Below are positions 47,400-50,901 of a stretch of 50,901 nucleotides of DNA, one piece after another. The DNA lies in assembly GCA_040904565.1 (NCBI GenBank), contig JBBDTI010000018.1, forward strand, positions 1 to 50,901, in the 5' to 3' direction. Every line of letters starts with the position of its first letter. Positions within the stretch are counted from its first letter, which is position 1. The position numbers and the translations under genes are program-made. The notes below the pieces were generated by a model. That model had not been told where the DNA came from. It saw only the letters and a program-made list of their open reading frames with translations, and did no database searches. The stretch comes from Rhodothermales bacterium (GTDB lineage Bacteria; Bacteroidota; Rhodothermia; Rhodothermales; VXPQ01).

Positions 47400-48554
47400 T
47401 CAGTCGCACTCGGCGCACCGGATGGCATCGTATAGTCCGTCGACCATTCTATCCAGCGTTAAATGCGATCTCGCATACACAAGCGCGTTCGCCGAGTATC
47501 GGGGAAGATCGCGTAGAACGATCCGGATGCCGTCGACCAGATCGTCTACCGTATCCCCGTCGCAGAGCATCCCCGTCTTGCCTGATTCGACATACTCGAC
47601 CTCCGGACTGTGGGCGGCGATGCCGGCCGGATTTCGCATCGACACGACGGGGAGACCGAAGGCAAATGCATGGTTGATAACGAGGCCGAGATAGCCGGGC
47701 ATTACCATGACGTCTGCGGCGAAGAGATATGGACCGGCCTCCTCATCGGAGAGAGGCCCCAGGAACCGGACGTCCTCCAGGGCCCGGCTCGAAGCATGCG
47801 TCTCCATACGTGATCGGCCCGGACCGTCGCCGATCACGAGAAGCACGGTCGGACCCTCACGGCTGAGTGTTCGGTAGGCCTCGAGCAGCATCCCGATTCC
47901 CTTCTCGGGGATGAGACGGCCGAGATAGACGAGAACGGACGATCGCTCGGGAATGGATAGGCGCTTCCGTATCGTGGTCTTGCCTTCTTCCTGCAGCGCC
48001 TCACGTTGCTCGAACATGGGCGCCAGATCGATCGTATTGCGTGCGACGAAGAGCTTGTCGTCGGGGAGATACGGTCGCAACATGTCGGCTACGCCGGATG
48101 TGTAACACGCACACGCCTCCACCCGTCGGGCAAGAGCCAGACGATACCGATCCCAAATATTCTTCGTTGGATCGAAGGAGCGCTTTAGCGATGAGAAGTG
48201 ACCCCAAAGTACCCTGCCGGCACCCTGTCGGCGCGCGTAGCAAAGCAAGAGCGGGAGCGTGACGGATCGTGGACTTTCCTCCGCCAAGACCACGGCGGGA
48301 CGGCCGTGATTGCGAAATGCGCGTCGATACGACTGCGCATGAAGTCTATCACCGAAGAACCACCAATTGTGAAGAAGGACCTGCTCGAATGACGGGTCAT
48401 TCTTGGAAATTAGGTACCGCAATGAGGATGATTCCGGCGCCCGACCGGCACAGACGACGAGGCGCCCGCCCAGTCGCCTGTTTAGCTCTTCCAATACGGG
48501 CACACGGTAACCGGGCACCATGCGTGCAAAGTAATATACCGGCTGCTCCGGCAT
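47400..48554 (-). CDS. GT4-like (GT-B) glycosyltransferase
   Basis: P.YR.P, GRL.PEKG, IGDGP, AD..V.PG..GL....AF..GLPVV; start at ATG 48554. Confidence 0.85.
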   Translation of the reverse strand: MPEQPVYYFARMVPGYRVPVLEELNRRLGGRLVVCAGRAPESSSLRYLISKNDPSFEQVLLHNWWFFGDRLHAQSYRRAFRNHGRPAVVLAEESPRSVTLPLLLCYARRQGAGRVLWGHFSSLKRSFDPTKNIWDRYRLALARRVEACACYTSGVADMLRPYLPDDKLFVARNTIDLAPMFEQREALQEEGKTTIRKRLSIPERSSVLVYLGRLIPEKGIGMLLEAYRTLSREGPTVLLVIGDGPGRSRMETHASSRALEDVRFLGPLSDEEAGPYLFAADVMVMPGYLGLVINHAFAFGLPVVSMRNPAGIAAHSPEVEYVESGKTGMLCDGDTVDDLVDGIRIVLRDLPRYSANALVYARSHLTLDRMVDGLYDAIRCAECD

Positions 48555-48844
48555 CGATAGAATGCTTGTGTAAAGAGGACTTGGCCATGGACCGACAACC
48601 TGTCGCCTCGCGCCGAGGCGTACACCGACATGGGACGTGATACGTTCCCCGGATGAAATGCAGCGGGATCGTTGCTGCACCGGCGTGCACCGCTTGCTCA
48701 CCGAGCTACGGGAGCCTGTACCGGCGACGGCCGAATCCGGCCCGGGATGGCGCTCGTCACTAGACTCGTTACTTTACTCGCACTGCGCACAGGTGCGCTA
48801 TACCCGCCGCTCCTAGACACTATCGTTCTCAGTTCGTAATCCAC

Positions 48845-50347
48845 ATGTCATCATTGCGTCACGTCGCACTCGCCGTTCTTCTGCTGCTTGCACTGCGCAC
48901 TTCGTCTACCAGCGCACAGGATTCGATCGGCGTCGATATCGCCTTTCCCTCCGTTGGCGACTTCAGCCTGCCCGTAGACCTGGCCGCCGACGGGAACGGT
49001 TATCTTTACGTCGTCGAACAGGGGGGCAAGATTTTTGTCTTCGAAAACGACGAGGCGGTCAGCGAGCGCAGCGTCTTTCTGGATCTGAGCGACCGGGTAT
49101 ACGCCGATGGCGAGGCCGGTCTGCTTAGCCTGGCGTTTCATCCGGACTACGAGGTCAACGGCTACGCCTACGTCTATTACATCCTCGAAGCGAAGGCGGG
49201 GGAGCCGACCGACTGGACGGCCGTGCTCAGCCGGTTTACGCGATCGGAATCGGACCCGCTCGCCGTCGATCCTGACAGCGAACTCATCCTGCTGGAGATA
49301 CCCCAGCCGACCGATCGGCATAACGGCGGAGAAACCGCCTTCGGGCCGGACGGATACCTCTATCTGTCACTCGGTGACGGCAGCGCGGGCGACGACGCGT
49401 TCGGCAACGGCCAGAACCTGACGACCCTACTGGGATCTATTCTTCGCATCGACGTGGACAATCCGTCTGACGAACGAGCCTACGGTATTCCACCGGACAA
49501 CCCGTTTGCAGGCAACGACCAGGGCTACCGCGAAGAGATCTTCGCCTACGGCTTTCGGAATCCCTGGCGCTTCTCGATCGACCACGAAACCGGACACGTC
49601 TGGGCCGGCGACGTGGGCGAACAGTCGTGGGAAGAGGTCGACTTCGTCGTCAAAGGACGCAACTATGGTTGGCCGGTCATGGAAGGCGGCGAATGCTACG
49701 ATCCCCCGACGAATTGTACCCAGGATCCGCTCGTGCCCCCGGTCTGGTATTACTCGCATGACGATAACCGCGTATCGGTGATCGGCGGGTACGTCTATCG
49801 CGGTCGGCGCGTACCGGAACTCGTCGGGCACTATATCTTTGCTGACTGGGGCGGACGGATGCTCTACGGGCTGGAATACGACGGCAATCCGAATGCGTCG
49901 ACGAGCGAGCCCGTCGTCACCGAACTCGTCAATACGGGCTATTTCATCTCCGGATTCGGCGTCGACGAGCACGACGAACTCTATATGGTGTCGACGTTTC
50001 ACGGTGGGCCGATCCTTCGATTTGTCGAGACGACCGATCCCGATCTCGATCCGGAACCGGAACCGCCAGAAACGCCCATCGCCGATTTTTCCTTCGAACA
50101 CAGGGGAGCCAGTCCAACACAGGGAACCACCTCCTTCGTTCTCGGCGTACCGGAACGCAACCACGTCCGCGTTACGTTGTTCGACGCCATCGGACGCGAG
50201 CTGAAAATCCTCGTCGACGCACAGCTCGAGGCCAACACGAAGCGCGTTATCGAGCTGGACACGTCCGTACTTCCGTCGGGCGTCTATTTCGTCCGGGCCG
50301 CCGCAGCTACCGGGACCGTCACCGAGCAGATCGTCGTCGCACATTAA
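48845..50347 (+). CDS. PQQ-dependent sugar dehydrogenase (GSDH beta-propeller) with T9SS C-terminal sorting domain
   Basis: Signal peptide; GE.GLL..AFHP.Y, HNGG...FGPDGYLY...GDG, GFRNPWRFS, DVG....EE; Pro/Glu linker; CTD with V.L.LFD..GR and L.SGVYFVR. Confidence 0.9.
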   Translation: MSSLRHVALAVLLLLALRTSSTSAQDSIGVDIAFPSVGDFSLPVDLAADGNGYLYVVEQGGKIFVFENDEAVSERSVFLDLSDRVYADGEAGLLSLAFHPDYEVNGYAYVYYILEAKAGEPTDWTAVLSRFTRSESDPLAVDPDSELILLEIPQPTDRHNGGETAFGPDGYLYLSLGDGSAGDDAFGNGQNLTTLLGSILRIDVDNPSDERAYGIPPDNPFAGNDQGYREEIFAYGFRNPWRFSIDHETGHVWAGDVGEQSWEEVDFVVKGRNYGWPVMEGGECYDPPTNCTQDPLVPPVWYYSHDDNRVSVIGGYVYRGRRVPELVGHYIFADWGGRMLYGLEYDGNPNASTSEPVVTELVNTGYFISGFGVDEHDELYMVSTFHGGPILRFVETTDPDLDPEPEPPETPIADFSFEHRGASPTQGTTSFVLGVPERNHVRVTLFDAIGRELKILVDAQLEANTKRVIELDTSVLPSGVYFVRAAAATGTVTEQIVVAH

Positions 50348-50357
50348 TCGATCCATT

Positions 50358-50777
50358 ATGAACCTCCGAATGCCGACCTGGTCGGCCATTACCCTCATGA
50401 GTGTTGGCATCCTGCTGAGCGCCTGCAGCCAGGACAACCCCGTCGAACCCGACGTCGTCATGCTTGCAGACGTCCAGTCGCAGGTGTTCGATGCGAGCTG
50501 TGCAGTTTCGGGATGCCACGCCGGTGACGATCCCGCCGGGGCGCTGAACCTGACCTCTGGTGCGTCCTTCGACGCGCTGGTGAACGTGCCGTCTACGGAA
50601 GTGCCCGAGCTCCTGCTGGTCGAACCGGGCAATGCAGCCGATAGCTACCTGTATATCAAGATTGTCGGGGGGGATCGCATCGCTGAAGGAACGCTGCGGA
50701 TGCCGATAGGGCGAGACCTGACGCCGGCGCAGATCGATCTCGTCCGGAATTGGATCGACGACGGGGCCGAGCGATAA
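50358..50777 (+). CDS. lipoprotein with CX4CH cytochrome c-like domain
   Basis: Lipobox LLSAC; F...CAVSGCH, LV.PG....S.LY.K, RMP, L....I.L...WI..GA pattern. Confidence 0.8.
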   Translation: MNLRMPTWSAITLMSVGILLSACSQDNPVEPDVVMLADVQSQVFDASCAVSGCHAGDDPAGALNLTSGASFDALVNVPSTEVPELLLVEPGNAADSYLYIKIVGGDRIAEGTLRMPIGRDLTPAQIDLVRNWIDDGAER

Positions 50778-50901
50778 AACCGCAGCTCGGCGTTCGGGCA
50801 GCGAGTCGATTCACTGTTGAACGCGTACGCTTCGAACGCCGTATATTGCACTGACGATTATTGCGGCAACGATCGAATCAACCCTCACGATCGCGAACCC
50901 G

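Noticed and set aside
50811-50900. Possible 3' end of a minus-strand gene (GFAIVRVDSIVAAIIVSAIYGVRSVRVQQ*)
   Set aside because: Only 30 codons at the window edge; cannot be supported without flanking sequence.
1-50901. CRISPR arrays, tRNA/rRNA, IS elements, prophage or defence genes
   Set aside because: No regularly spaced repeats, cloverleaf signatures, or transposase, integrase or phage motifs seen by eye; dedicated tools were not run.

Overview
GC-rich, gene-dense bacterial chromosome segment. Gene content (DUF2795, GWxTD protein, rhomboid-rhomboid-EEP trio, T9SS C-terminal domain, FloA, HprK, MEP pathway genes) suggests an FCB-group organism, most like Rhodothermales (inference, no search run). 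About 1-37 kb is mostly housekeeping: floA, moaC, dtd, rdgB, rpsU, a fused Kgd/OdhA-type 2-oxoglutarate dehydrogenase, rlmD, a BamA/TamA-family protein, M23 peptidase, hprK, MoxR, a galactokinase-like protein, an MMPL/RND transporter, fmt, ftsY, a PgsA-like enzyme, ispG, lpxH, PBP1A and ispE. About 37.3-48.6 kb is a Wzx/Wzy-type polysaccharide locus with a FkbM methyltransferase, a sulfotransferase and an AlgD-like nucleotide-sugar dehydrogenase. The window ends with a T9SS-secreted PQQ-type sugar dehydrogenase and a CX4CH lipoprotein. I saw no tRNA, rRNA, CRISPR array, transposase or prophage gene. The best leads are: (i) an apparently catalytically dead galactokinase homologue in a tight cluster with an orphan MoxR ATPase and HprK; (ii) probable non-canonical ATC starts for rlmD and the BamA/TamA gene; (iii) an unusually strong SD at rpsU and a structured element just downstream of it; (iv) a structured leader upstream of the polysaccharide operon; (v) the secreted dehydrogenase plus cytochrome-like lipoprotein pair.
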